A DNA stretch of 64,000 nt from Ruditapes philippinarum (Eukaryota): contig NW_026857505.1 in NCBI RefSeq assembly GCF_026571515.1, forward strand, positions 1-64,000. Direction: 5' to 3'. Positions 24,501 to 37,597 of the stretch are shown one piece after another. Below the pieces are notes generated by a model. The model had not been told where the DNA came from and did not search any database. It saw only the letters and a program-made list of their open reading frames with translations. Numbering within the stretch: position 1 is the first letter of the stretch; each line of letters begins with the position of its first letter. The position numbers and the translations under genes are program-made.

Positions 24501-27500
24501 ATTGTTCCATTTTAGATGTAAGGGAACCTGTAAAGAATTTAAGAACAACATGAAAATATAGAAATAAAAAGATAGATAAATGGTTTATTCTTTTCTTTCA
24601 TCTTTTATACAATTACAAATCATTAAAACCAACTCATACCAAGCTGAAGAAAATGTTTGATAGGTGAAATAAGAAATTGACTGTGTACTTTCTGGTAACA
24701 TATACAGAAAAGTTTTCAATATTGATCAAAACTTTATACACAAATAAAACCTGGCACAGCTTTACATATGAAAGCTGGCACAGCTATACAAATGAAATCT
24801 GGCACGACTGTACTCATGAAAGCTGGCACACTACAAATGAAAGCTGGTACAGCTATACAAATGAAAGCTGGCATGGCTGTACACATGAAAGCTGGCACAC
24901 TACAAATGAAAGCTGGTACAGCTATACAAATGAAAGCTGACAAGGCTGTACACATGAAAGCTGGCACACTACAAATGAAAGCTGGTACAGCTTTACAAAT
25001 GAAAGCTGGCACAGTTATATAAATGAAAGATGACCTGGCAGCAGAAAGGGGCATCTGTTTAACTTGCAATTCTTGTTAGTTTGTTGATTTATCTTTGTTG
25101 ATTAAGTTTTTCATGGTAACCATACCATTTCTGTTTGCAGGGAATTCCATTAGAAGTTGTCACTAGAGATATGAGAGAAACTATAGATGAATGTATTGAA
25201 CACATTGACTATGAAAAGATGAATGTTTCTGAGTGTATAGAACAGTTTCAATTTCATCATCACAAGTTATCCTCTTGCAGTTACACTGACATGAGGGAAG
25301 ATGTTAACAACGATAGCATTTTGAATGACAATGAAGAAATTGATCAAAATATAAAAGAAATATGTATCACAGCTTGTAAGGATGATGTTAATTTTGGGAA
25401 TAAAGCTGAGATAGTAGATGAAAATCATTTGGAAATTGCTGTAGAAATTGAATCAAGTCACCACCAACACATACAATATGTGGTTAATGACAATCTCGCA
25501 TGTGATATTGTCAGCAAAATTAAAACTTCTTCTAAGAATGAAGAACCAATTAATGTAAATAAAGATGGTATAGAGTTTATTCATTTAGAGATGAAAAACA
25601 TGGTACAAGATGAAGATTGTGATGACACATCTTGGTTTTTTGATGGCATTGAAGATGATGAGGAGAAAGGCAATGGAAAGGTTGATAGTGTGATTGCTGA
25701 TCCATGTGAAGGTTGTGTAGATCATGGCAAAAAAACAGGTGATACTTACAACAAGAAATATATATCAGATGGTGAGGAGAATTCTGATGACTCAGGGGCA
25801 ATTATAACTGACATCGAGAATTTAAAGAGAGACATAGAAAATGATATTGAAAGATTGACGAAAAGTAAACAGACATTTTTAAAAGAAAAAGTGTGTGTAG
25901 CCGCTTTTAATATGAATGATGATCAGACTGACAATAATGAATTTGATAGTTGTTTTGATGAATCTGATTCTGAGTTTGAAGTTTGCTTTGAAAATAATCA
26001 AGATTCAGGTAATAGAAGAACTAACATGGATGCTAATAAGTATTCTAAAACCACAACTGATTTTGAAGAGGAGAATGAATTTCAAACTGTAGCATTTGAG
26101 TTTACTGACATAAAATTGAAGGAAAATTTGATAAAAGAAGAAAAAGATGATTTGTCTAAAAATTTTGTCTATAGTAAGCCTGAAGAAAATTGTTCAAAAG
26201 TTAATGAAAAGAAAGCATCAACATGTTCTTTTGACATTGAATTACAAACTTGTAGTAAGGAATATAGTAGGATTAAAGAGATATTAGAACAAAGTTGTAT
26301 AAATCATGATATGGTAAGAGAGAAAGAAAAATCAGTTGAACCTCAACTTTCAAGCAGTGGTACAAAGGAGTTTGTGGAATCTAAAGATGTACCACAAAAT
26401 GATGATAAAAAAGTTGTCAGTAAGAGTAGTTTTGAAAAATTGAATAAGTCAGTACTTAATTCTTCCCATTCAAATGATTTTCACCAGAAGAAACAGGACG
26501 AGAATTCATTTCAAAAAGATGAAATGCGGAAGATAAATTCTTTACTTGGTTCACTTGGAAGAGAAAATAAGAAGGATTCTTATAAACTAAATGTTTCTTC
26601 GTTGAAATTTCATAGTAGACATTTCCAGGAAGAAGAAATTGAAGAATTAAACGAAATGGAAAATTATAAGGTAGAGAGAAATACAGGACAGTTAGATAGT
26701 GTTGGAAACAACAAGAATATGGGCTTACCAGGTGGTGGAACCAATTTATCCAGGAATGAAAACACTGTACCAATGAAGCAAAATTATGATTCTAGTTCTG
26801 ATAAGTTGTGTTCTGATCATAAACCAGCATCACTGCCTGATGAAGATATAGTTGCTAATATGAAACAAACTCCAGGAAAATTAGATCTTGAACGTGTTAA
26901 CAGTATGTTAAGAGAAATAAACAATATATCAAAACAAAATAAAACTTGCGATGATCAAAGTATTGAAACAAAAGTTTGTCCGTTTAAAAGTGGAAATGAT
27001 TTAGATATTTCACATTTTTCAAATTCTAGTGCAAGCCATGAATACGAATCAAATGATGACTATCGAACAATGCATAGTATCAAGCCGAAATTGGATGTTT
27101 CAAGTGTAGGAAAGGATTTAGCATTGAAGGAGTGTAAGACAAGGAGTATTAGTAAGCCTAATGTTTTCTTAAGAAGTAGACATATGAATATGGAAAGTGA
27201 GATAAGTGGGACTAGCAATGTTTTAGATACATGTGAAGTTAATCAAAATGAACCAAAGACTAACCGTATGGAAGCAAAACAGATTCCTGACTTTGATAAT
27301 AGTGCTATAGGGCAGTTAATACATAGTCATAGTGAAGAAGCTGAAGAATTGGAAGTAGAAGTGAGAAGCTTGGTTTGTGGTGTGAATCATGATGGAGATG
27401 AAAATATTAACAAAGCTGTATGTGATGTCATTTTGAAGCAGAGCAAGGAAGGGAAACTCAGGTTTTGTTTCTTTCTATTCTAAAGCAAACAATCTAAAGT

Positions 27501-30500
27501 AAAAGAACTTTTCATTATTGTTATAAGTAACAAGATTTCTCATAGAATAATTGCCTGCAATTGCTTTAGGTGTTATTGAATCCAAATAGTCTCTTTTTTC
27601 CAAGTTGGGAATATCTTTTACTTTATCATTTGCATACTGCACTGATACTGATTATAGGTTGAATGAATCTAAATATTCTCTTTTTTCCAAGTTGGCAGAT
27701 TATAGGTTGAATAAATCTAAATATTCTTTTTTTTCCAAGATGGGAGATTATAGATTGAGTGATGATTTTGAAAATTTGGTGCAGTATGCAAATGATAAAG
27801 TTAAAGATATTTAAGTTTCATTATATCAGGTTACACTGCTGTCAGTATCTTATTATGAAACATTTACTTTGATAACATGTGAATACTGCTTAAAAGTAGA
27901 AGTAAACCAAAAGAAACAGTGTACAAATAATATTCTTGTTCTACAACTGATGATTTATAATCCATTGTTCTTTTAGGAGACTGTCAAGCTTTCTTATTAG
28001 ATTGTTGATATAATAAAGAATCTTGGGGAAAGATTCTATAATGCAATTGAACTTGTTTGAGAAATCCAGAACCATTAGCTCATTATCATACCAAGTGATT
28101 TATAGGAACTATTACTGTCATAACTGACAAGATTTTTAAGCTTTTAACCCCTTTAAGTTACTAAAGATTGGTGACAGATTGTTCAATTATATTCATTAAT
28201 GACTAAATTCATGCTCAGAACATTATTTTGTTTGCAGATTGAACATAGACTTTGTAGATTGTCATTCAAACATTGGGGTAGGTAGAGGCTCACCTGAGGT
28301 TATTGATGGCGTTCTTGTACAAACATCTGTAGATAATATGATGATGTTGCAGAAATTTCCTGAAAGACAGTATAGAGCATTGGTAGTGTATTAATTCCTT
28401 TTGGTAAATTTGGGTCTGTCACAGACATATACAGTATAATGTTAGTTTGTTTTATTTGGTTTTACGTCACACCAACACAGTATAGGTCATATGGCGACAT
28501 TCCAGCTTTACTGGTGGAGGAAGACCTCAGGTGCCCTTCCTTGCACTATTTCAAGCACGAACGGATACCTGAGTAGAACCACCGACGTTCCGTAAGCTAG
28601 CTGGATAGCTTCCTCACATGAAAAAATTCAAAGTCCCTTTCGGTATTCGAACCCACAGTGGTGAGGGGCAAGTGGTTTTAAGTCAACAACCTTAACCACT
28701 CAGCCACGGACGCCCCAATATTATAATGTTCTGTGAAAATATTATTGAATAAAATGATATTTTCCTCACTCTATTTTTCATGATAACGGTCTTGCAGTCA
28801 CTTTATAAATCTTATATAATTCTGTTGATAAAGGGGAAAAAATGATAAAAGAAAAAATGGTAAACAGAGAATATTGAATTAGTGTAAGTTCAATATTGAA
28901 TTTATTGAACCTGCATGAATATAATATTCTTTTTAGCATGTACCCAAAATAATGGAAAAGAATCATTTTCCATTGACGCACTTATAGTGTAACGCTAACA
29001 TTATGTGCGTCTTTACACTATGTTTGTATAAGGCAAATGACGTCACATCAAAATATATGCACAACCATGCAATACCGTTTCTACGACTCGCAAAATCGGC
29101 ACGGGTATATGATAAATTCTGGTATTACACCAATGACGTCACATTAGATTTTCATAATGAATATTTTATTTCTACAGTTGGTTAATGGAGACCTTACAAT
29201 GACATTCAAGCACAAAGGATACAAACCAATGAAAACAAAGCAATTTACATCAGTAGACAGATTTAAGTATGGTAAAACTGAACTTCAATGTTGGCTTGAG
29301 GATATTATTGATACTTTGAAAGAGGTAGGAATTTATTACATTTAAAGTTTACAATTGCAGTCATTTTATGATCATTTTTAGGTTGTCTGTTTCAAAGGAA
29401 AAGTTGAGCTGTTATAACCCCTGAATCGTCATTGTTGTTGTTCAAAAATTTTAATGTGGCCCATTATTCAAACATTTTAAATGTTATCAACATTAAACTT
29501 GGAATACTTGATTATTTTCACAAGGCACAGTTGTTAGCCAAGGGGTATAATTCTTAAAAAAACATATTTTTGGAATTATGCCCCTTTTTTATCTAACATT
29601 TTTGGTCATAATTGAACAGATGAGCGCTTAAAATACATGTGGTGCTCTTGTATTCATCATCATCTAAATGATTTCTATCACACCCAGTTTTGATATGGGT
29701 ATACAGGTCAATTTAGTTCTCTCAAACTTGGACCTGAATTAATGACAGTCGGCGTCAGTACCAGCTGATGCCAAAAATGATGGCTTTATTACCATACATG
29801 CTCTTCTGTTGCAAGACCCCCCTAACCATCCCACCATATGTTACATTATGATTGTATACTAGAGCTGAAGTGATTAACATGTAATTACAAACATACAACT
29901 TTTTTTTTGGACTGCAAAAAGTAATTACCGGATTTAAATACCAGTGTTTTCATTTATTTTCAGCTCAGCATTAATATGTTACTAGTGAAAGGCAACATAT
30001 CTGAAGATATAATGTGTTTTTGTGAACAACATGATATAGTAACCATGGAAACCGTCAGGTATAAACAACTTATTCAACTCAGTGAAGCAACAGAGACTGA
30101 TATGGTAACATACGTTACCTTAGCAACAGAGGTTAGTTTGGACAATTAACATCCTGTGTTAAATTGCATCAGTTTATTTATAAACAAACACGCCACACAA
30201 ACTTGAACATTCAGTCATTATTAATTGCAGACATTTTGGCTAGAATGCCTTCATAAGTGCAAAACATAATAAAGTTCTGGAAGCGGCGTCATGCAAAACA
30301 TGCGTTAGACGCCCAAAACACACAAATGGTTTAGACGCCCAAAACACATTTTGTGTTTAAGCAGCAAAAATTTGATAATAAGTTTATTTATGATAGTATA
30401 TTTTCAGTATTAATATATAAAAGTACATTTCAATCTTGGTCACTGTTAACAGAACGGAAAATGTTTAATGCATTAAAAACATGTTTATAGATGTGTTCAA

Positions 30501-32725
30501 AGTAAGTGAGAATAAAACTATATGAAAGTTCTTTCAGGTTATTAATTTAAGATAAAAATACATCATTAGTGCATGTGTTCAAATTATTATAATAATTGAA
30601 AACAAAATTATATGATATGAAAGTTCTTTCAAGCTATTTATTTGAGCATAAAAATACATCATAAATACAACGGTTCAAGTCGAGCGACAACAAAATTATA
30701 TGACATATTAATTTAAGCATAAAAGAAACATTATTAATGCATGTAATATGATCTGTCTTAAAGTGATTGATTTTAACAAATTATTTTAATTAGTTAATTG
30801 ATTGATAAATGTATTGATTAATTACACATAAGAATATGTCTTAATGTTTTCCAGGAAAATGTTTGTAAAGGAATTTCTATTGCATCTCTACAAAGTAACT
30901 GGTGTAATGAAATGGCTAGCAGTTGGAGAGACAATGTGGCCGCAGTTATCTCATTGGCTGAAAATAATCCACAGGTGTGTTTTATTTACCATAAACGTGT
31001 ATTTGTAGCATGTATACAGTTATATTATATAAGGTTATTTATATTTATATAGTTACTAACAACTAGACTAAAGTGTTTAAAGCTATATCTCTGCTGCCTG
31101 CAGTTAATTTTGTATAATTTTTAAAATGAAGAATTACAAAAAGCCTGTATGAAAAAAAATTTTGGTATACACTCAGAGGCACTTAAAACCCAACACTTAC
31201 ATTTTTCTGCATGAGGTCACACAAAGTATTAGAACTAGTTAAATGATTCAGAGACTTTTCATTTTGTTACGATATTTACAGCCATTCTGTGATTTTTCAT
31301 TTTGCAGTAGCATATTTGTTTTGTTATTTTCTCTATTTTCTTGTCAATGAATTGTAAATAAAATGCTAAGTAGTAAGTATGATATGTTGAATTTTGTATG
31401 GTCCAAAGTTGAACAAAATCTTTTCACAAATAATCAATTTATATCGAAAAATGTAAGTGTTGGGTTTAAGTGCCTCAGAGTGTATTCCCTTGTAAAAAAA
31501 TGATGCAGACACAAAATCATTGCTAAATGGTTAAAAACCTTCACATCTCTCTTAAACCCTTTGAACATTATTCATGAAAAAAGGTCCATTTTTCGTGTCA
31601 TTTAAACTATTTACAATTCCACAATTTAACTTTTTCATAGAGTTGCATATCCTTCACAAATTGTATATGAAATCAAAGTCTGGCACAATAAGTTTTTAAA
31701 AACTTCTATAAATGAAATATTGTTTAAGTTCCCTCAGAAGAATTGTCCATCGCCCAAATATGGGTGTTGCGACCAGCATGGATCCAGACCAGCCTGGGCA
31801 TCCGCGCAGTCTGATCAGGATCCATACTGTTTGCTATCAGTTTCTCTACTTGTAATAGGGTTGGTAAGCAAACAGCATTGATCCTGAACAGACTGCGCGG
31901 ATGCACAGGCTGGTCTGGATCCATGCTGGTCGCAAATGCACTGTTGGTTTTGTCGTGATGTGGCTCAAATGAACTTTAACATGATTGTAATATGTTAAAT
32001 GATCTTACAGACTGTAATATTGCATGGCGTCTCACCAGAGATTGTGGACTTGAAAGAACAAGAGTTGTTGAACTGTCTTCACCATGTTTCCAGTGTGCTG
32101 CATTATGGGAACGTGGTACTAGGTGCAGGACAGTCTGAGGAAAAGTGTAGGGAGTTTCTTAATGAAAGATTAGGTAATTATAAGCTATTGATAGGCTTTT
32201 ATTTTCAAAAATTAGAAATCTGAGAAATAGTAAAATGTTAATTTCTTAAAGCATATAAATATTTATTCTGTACCAAATTATAAAATTAATGAAAGTGGTC
32301 TGTTATTATTTTCCCAAAATAGTAGTTGGAAAAGGCCCTGTAAGTAGTTTTTTTTCACAATGCTTAAATCATAAATAAATTTGACAGTTATTTACTGAAA
32401 CAGAAATTCAGTTTTTTACACTCATACGTTGATGTTGTTTGTTTTTTCCATTTCATTAGAAATGTTGAGGAGAGACGAACATTCAGTGACCAATATTGAC
32501 TTACAGTATATGCAGGTAGTGACAGAGTCTGTGATGTCATCATTCCAAGAATATTCCAGGTTATTCCAAGGTAACTTCTCAGGAAAAGTATGTGCCTTTG
32601 AGGGTTACAAATCTAAGATAGAATCATGGAAACTTGCCCTTGAGACTGTTGCTATTATAACCAACATAGATACGTACATAGAAACGGGTATAACAGACGA
32701 ACAGACAAATATAGGAACATTATAA
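21594..32725 (+). CDS. BBS12: Bardet-Biedl syndrome 12 chaperonin-like protein, 11 coding exons, ~1206 aa
   Basis: GT-AG exons with consistent phases: 21594-21639, 22391-22427, 22906-22984, 24143-24271, 25141-27461, 28238-28382, 29178-29324, 29964-30131, 30855-30974, 32011-32173, 32460-32725 (3621 nt). Motifs match BBS12 as recalled: KSFLGP, LLEHLD, LLFYIHSWS..GIP, HSRHF, LVNGDLT..FKHKGY, INMLLVKGNISE, KIESWKLALE..IDTYIETG. Confidence 0.9.
23601..23885 (+). mobile_element. Diverged tRNA-derived SINE (same family as 28444-28721)
   Basis: Head GGGGCCTTCATAGCCCAGTGGTTAA, core GTGGTTCTACTCAGGTA and TTCCTCCACCAATAAAGC. Confidence 0.7.
24745..25030. repeat. Intronic minisatellite of 21/24-bp units with a 69-bp higher-order period
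   Basis: About 12 ATGAAAGCTGG-anchored units. Source of three spurious ORFs. Confidence 0.9.
25141..27461 (+). CDS. BBS12: BBS12 exon 5 (2321 nt, mostly acidic low-complexity insertion)
   Basis: ORF 25135-27483, acceptor tttgcag, donor CAG|gtttt. Conserved ends GIPLEVV and VCGVNHDGD; internal HSRHF. Confidence 0.85.
27575..27760. repeat. Degenerate ~49-bp tandem repeat
   Basis: ttgaat..atctaaatattctcttttttccaagttgg..gattatagg, about three copies. Confidence 0.65.
28444..28721 (-). mobile_element. tRNA-derived SINE, near full length
   Basis: Minus strand reads GGGGCGTCCGTGGCTGAGTGGTTAAG..GGTTCGAATACC, with an A-rich tail and a probable TSD TATAATGTT (28435-43 and 28722-30). Confidence 0.85.
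29376..29651 (+). mobile_element. Degenerate Helentron-associated (HINE-like) element
   Basis: TTTTAG start, internal aaggggtataattc/gaattatgcccctt palindrome, 3' cagatgagcg..gctcttgt similar to the 46121-47702 termini. Confidence 0.55.
31170..31482. mobile_element. MITE with ~37-bp TIRs and TA TSD
   Basis: CACTCAGAGGCACTTAAAACCCAACACTTACATTTTTC and its inverted copy, with TA on both sides. Confidence 0.85.
31761..31966. mobile_element. Palindromic MITE (Sola2-like), one end truncated
   Basis: Homologous to 33768-34002. Confidence 0.8.
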
Positions 32726-33767
32726 AGTCATATTCATACAATCATGCTATGTGTATTTCAAGTCATGCATATATATATATTTTTCTAGGAGTTGATTCTT
32801 TCTAGGTTACAGGTAAGAATTTACCCAGATTCTATAGAACTTGATAATCATTCTTATAATTTTTCTTTTGCTTAACTATTTTCTGTCAGCAAATTAATGT
32901 GTAACAATTGTAAAATTTGCAACGTTATACATAGATATACTAACTTTTATTTGATGAAATGTCATTGTTGATATTATTTGCTATGATTTTGCTTGTATAC
33001 GAGTATACTTGATTAAAGTCAAAGTGTTTAAGTAGATGCAGTTTAGTTGTTTTTGTGTACTAAACAGTCATTTGTTTGTTTGGAAAATATTTTATACTAT
33101 TGAAAGTCAGTTGTTTTAGTTATATTTTGGATAAACCAGTCCAAACGGGGATTAAAACCAACAAAAAGGGAACTCAGAGAAGGGAAATAACTCTTTTGGC
33201 GTCAGTGTTATCTCCCCTTCAAAGTTGAATATGTGTTAGATTTGCTCAGTTGATAACTTAGCAGTACTTAGAACGAAGACAGCTGGAGTATATTCTTTCT
33301 ATCTGGACATCATCCAAGTTATATATGGCATATTTGTGAACTATTTTCAACATCATTGTTGAAATTAAGTAAATGAAATGAAGAAATAAAAGAATAAGGT
33401 TGTAATTTTAATGTTGTTTATTTATGTCAGAACATTAAAATTCAAGGGCAATTGTTTTAAATGGAGATCAGCGACTTCCATTATTTTTCACTTCAAATGT
33501 TTCTTTTGTCATATATTAAGGTTATGAAAAGTTTGAATATATTAAATCCTATGAAACAGTATTTGTTCAGTCTATATTTCATAGCTAGAAAACGTCTGTA
33601 AGTCATTGCCAACTGATGTATTTTAGTGTAGTAATTGCTTTTAACCTAAAGAAATAAACTATGTAATTCAATTCAACCAATCGATGGAATCGGTATTGAA
33701 ATGATGTCTCAAATTTAATCCAGACAATCGATTTAACAGGTATCCGAAAATAAGTTTGACTTCATTT

Positions 33768-34002
33768 GAGCTGCGTCATGACAAAACCAACATAATGGGT
33801 TTGCGACCAGCATGGATCCAGACCAGCCTGCGCATCCATACAGTCTGATCTGGATCCATGCTGTCCGCTATCAGTTTCTCTACTTGTATTACGGTTTGTA
33901 AGCGAACAGCATGGATCCTGATCAGACTGCGCGGATGCGCAGGCTGGTCTGGATCCATGCTGGTCGCAAACGCACTATGTTGGTTTTGTCATGACGCAGC
34001 TC
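33768..34002. mobile_element. Palindromic MITE (Sola2-like)
   Basis: ~100-bp inverted arms, GAG...CTC termini, 4-bp TSD ATTT on both sides. Confidence 0.85.
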
Positions 34003-34374
34003 ATTTCAATCATTGCAATTAAATATAAATAATGGATAAAACATAGAACAACACTACTGTTTGCAATACCAGAATGTTAGAAGAAACACATTTCAAATTT
34101 TGCCTGATCTTGAAAATAACAACAGCAACGTCTTGATAACACAGAAGCAAGTTGAAAAAAATGTATCCAGAAATAAGAGGAAAAATATATAGGTCATTAG
34201 CCAGCAAAATATTTCTAAAAATCAAAACAAACTAATATACATTGTACATGAAGCATATACAATCAGATATAACACATCGCTTACAGCAACGACATGTAAC
34301 AAGTATACTTAAAGTAACTACCTTATATGCATAGTTTAGGGCAAGGGATGAGCAAAAGTTTCAACCCAATCCAA

Positions 34375-36810
34375 CTAATCACTTATATAGAGCATTTCAT
34401 CAAAGCTTGGTAAACGTAACCTTGGCGTGGATTTTGGTTTTGTTTTTGTTACTGAATCAACTTTATTAGCTTCCGTTTCGAAACAGGCTTCTGTATCAGC
34501 CGAGGCATTGCTAATCAAACTTTGTCCATTTTTATTACTAAGTTCTTTTGTATCATTTCTGTAACGTTTTCGCTTTTCAGCAACTGTAGTAAAAAGCAGT
34601 GGTTGACTGTAAATTTCAGTTTCTATATCCTTGTACTGGTATTTAGAATTGTTTTCAGCACTTTCTAAATCGCCGTCGAAATACCGAATTCCAACTTTCT
34701 CTTCTTCACCAGATTGAAACAAACATTTGCCCGACTTATTTAAAGAGCTTTTGTTATTTCTACAGTCCACTTGAAAGTGTGTCGGACCTGAAAATTTTTC
34801 ATGATGAAAAAGGTTTTGTTCACATGTCTCGTTATTAGGTGTTTTTATATCGTGAAAATCTTTTGTAATATTAGAGCTATTAGCGGTGTCGGATAAATGT
34901 TGATAATGAATATCTCCGTTTTCCGTTTTTGTAGCGTTTTTCAATATGCCTTGAAGCTTCTCTCGTCTTGCATTGGAATTAAATTGACTTCTTCGTGGAC
35001 TAGCACTTCTTGCGCGTCTCTTTTTATCATATCCAGTAACCATTCTGCCTCTCTGTTTCAAATTTGACTCATCCATATCATGTCTTGAGATTATGTCTTT
35101 ATCAATTACATCGTCCAAGAATTTAACGTGTTTTGAATCTAGAAGAGGTCTTCCATTACCATTTAATGACGCCTTACTACAAACATTTCTCCTGCCGGAT
35201 ATGAAATCGTCTCCATGCTCAACTTTTCTCAATGATCTTAAAACGGCAAAAGGATCAGTTTCCTTAAACATGTCCATATCTTTTCCCCTATTATTCTCAT
35301 TGGTATCTGTTTTTCCTGCAGGACTACCATTTCTGTCATCCACCTCAATTGTTGATGGTTGTTTTACATCATTTCTTGTATTGCTTCCGATATCAGTTTG
35401 ATCAATATCGCCGTCTATATGGTCGGGTTTGTCATCTTTAAGTTCCTTCACATTGATTCTACCGAACGTATTTAGACTGTCAATTACATCAGCAAGGTGT
35501 GCATTTGCTTCAATAACTATCCGTTTACGGCATATCTTCCTTCTTTCTTCTAGTACATCTTTCTGCTTTGAGGCAATGTTCATTTTATCTGGGAACGATT
35601 GGGCACTGAAATAAATATAGAAAATTAAACATAGACAATTGGTGGAAAGATATTTTTGTATGTAAACTGTACTTGTAAACAGTGTTTTTGACTAGGTTTA
35701 ATATGCAGTACGTCATGTAATTTACAGATGTTTTTATTTGGAATTCTAGTTTTTAATTCATTTATTTTAATTGAATTAATAGAACAGTCTAGCTACACAA
35801 AGAGAATTAATAATGCTAAAATAAAAGAAAATCAACACTTTACAATCACGTTGTTTACGTATGAGCCGCGTCCCGACAAAACCAACATAGTGCGTTTGCG
35901 ACCAGCATCCGCGCAGTCTGATCAGGATTACAAACCCTATAACAAGTAGAGATACTGATAGCGAACAGCATGTATCCTGATCAGAATGCGCGGATGCGCA
36001 GGCTGGTCTGGATCCATGCTGGTCGCAAACCCATTATGTTGGTTTTGTCGTGACGCGGCTCATATTCTTACGATTAATCCACAGGCAGAATAATTAATGT
36101 ATATATTTATGCCGTGATGTACATGTGAATGAAATCATATACCATTTAAATACTTCTTAAAAACATGAAACCTATTCAAATGCTTAAAATGATAACATTT
36201 TGTTTGTTATAACATAATTTTTATATATGTGTAGAATATTTAAAAAAAAAAAAAGAAACCCCGGTGTATTCAGAGTCATTTTTGCGCAAAAGTATCATTT
36301 TAAATTTCAAGTCAATTCATGTATGCATTAAAATTACTAGATAACACTAGCAGGATGTTCAGCATTCTCTCAGTTACGACAGTTGCAGGCAGTGAATGAT
36401 AAAACACAGCCGCCGTTAAATTATAGCAGACAGATGTAACTTTGGTCGACTGTGTGGAAAATAGGGCAATTATCAAATGATAAGTATATTTATATTGTAT
36501 ATCAAATGTAATGATTCTGAACAAAACGGCATTTATACGAAAATTCATACTACCTTTCAGATAAAAATCGCAAATTTGTAAGCACCTCGTCTATAATTTC
36601 CTTTTCAGAAGAGTACACTTTCTGAAGTTCTGCAAGTGTATGTCTCTCTATTTTCTTCAGATGTAAATCTATTTCTATTCTCACCAAGTCTATATCTCTC
36701 TTCACAAGCCCTTCTGAGAATTTCAAAAGACTTAAACATTCCATAGCTTTTTGTTTTGTACATGATACAAGTCTATTTAGTTTGTCCATATTTCCTCTAT
36801 ACCCATCCAT
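34375..36810 (-). CDS. Uncharacterised protein with N-terminal coiled coil (TRIM/B-box-type coiled-coil-like) and disordered C-terminus
   Basis: Exon 36810-36554 (donor AAG|gtagta, phase 2) joins in frame to exon 35605-34375 (acceptor tttatttcag), ~495 aa. A possible upstream exon at ~38155-38072 has donor gtgagt. Confidence 0.7.
35863..36061. mobile_element. Palindromic MITE (Sola2-like), internally deleted
   Basis: Homologous to 33768-34002, with GAG...CTC termini. Confidence 0.8.
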
Positions 36811-37464
36811 TACGCTGAAGAAATCTGACTAATGTAAAACTATAATAGCATAATTATGAAACGATCTGATTTTTATTTTCTGATAAAACTATTTTTATTA
36901 ATCATCGCAGTGGTGAAATAGTCATTATATTGTGTATACCATGCGTTAATATAACATATCCCATGTATGTTCTATTATATATAAACATTATCATATTTAT
37001 GCAAATATATATACGACAATCGCTTTAATTATAATAAAGACTTCTGAAGGTGTAATGTTTTCGTAAGTGACCTGATCGCTAAGTATAAACTGACCGGTCA
37101 AGGCGTCATAAATTCATTCATTACATTCACTTAATAGGATAAGCAAATGGATAAGTCCTGAAGTCCAATTAAAAGATATATTTCACAAATGTGTGATCAG
37201 AAACGATACAAATGTGACACGGTCGTAATAAGAAAATACTGATTTTTTTAAAAAAAAGAACATATTTTCACATTTCTTATATGTTTTGTATAGTGTGAAT
37301 TAATCATCATTCATAATTTGCTCACTGCATCTTTCATAAATTATGCGGCAATTCAAGTTAAAGTTAGAACATACTAGTACTAAGTAAAATCTTATTAGTT
37401 TATAATTATAGAATTTATTTTAGTTCGATTTTGTAGGAAGCTATAAGCTTATATACGCACTTTC

Positions 37465-37597
37465 GAATCCGTTCGTGGTTTTGAGCAATAAGTGTAAAAT
37501 TTCTTGCTCAAGGAAACAACGACTTGCCCCTGACAGGGTTTGAACTCATGCGTATAGCACTAATTAGAATACTAGTGTTAACCACTCGGCCATGTCG
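37465..37597 (-). mobile_element. CORE-SINE fragment
   Basis: Minus strand has A box TGGCCGAGTGGTTA, B box GAGTTCAAACC and a CORE-like GTTGTTTCCTTGAGCAAGAAATTT. Confidence 0.65.

Noticed and set aside
24677-25069. Repetitive ORFs (MKAGT, TNESW, VPAFIC repeats)
   Set aside because: By-products of an intronic minisatellite with unit lengths divisible by 3.
31724-33958. Two similar 60-66 aa ORFs beginning MDPDQP
   Set aside because: Translations of the palindromic MITE.
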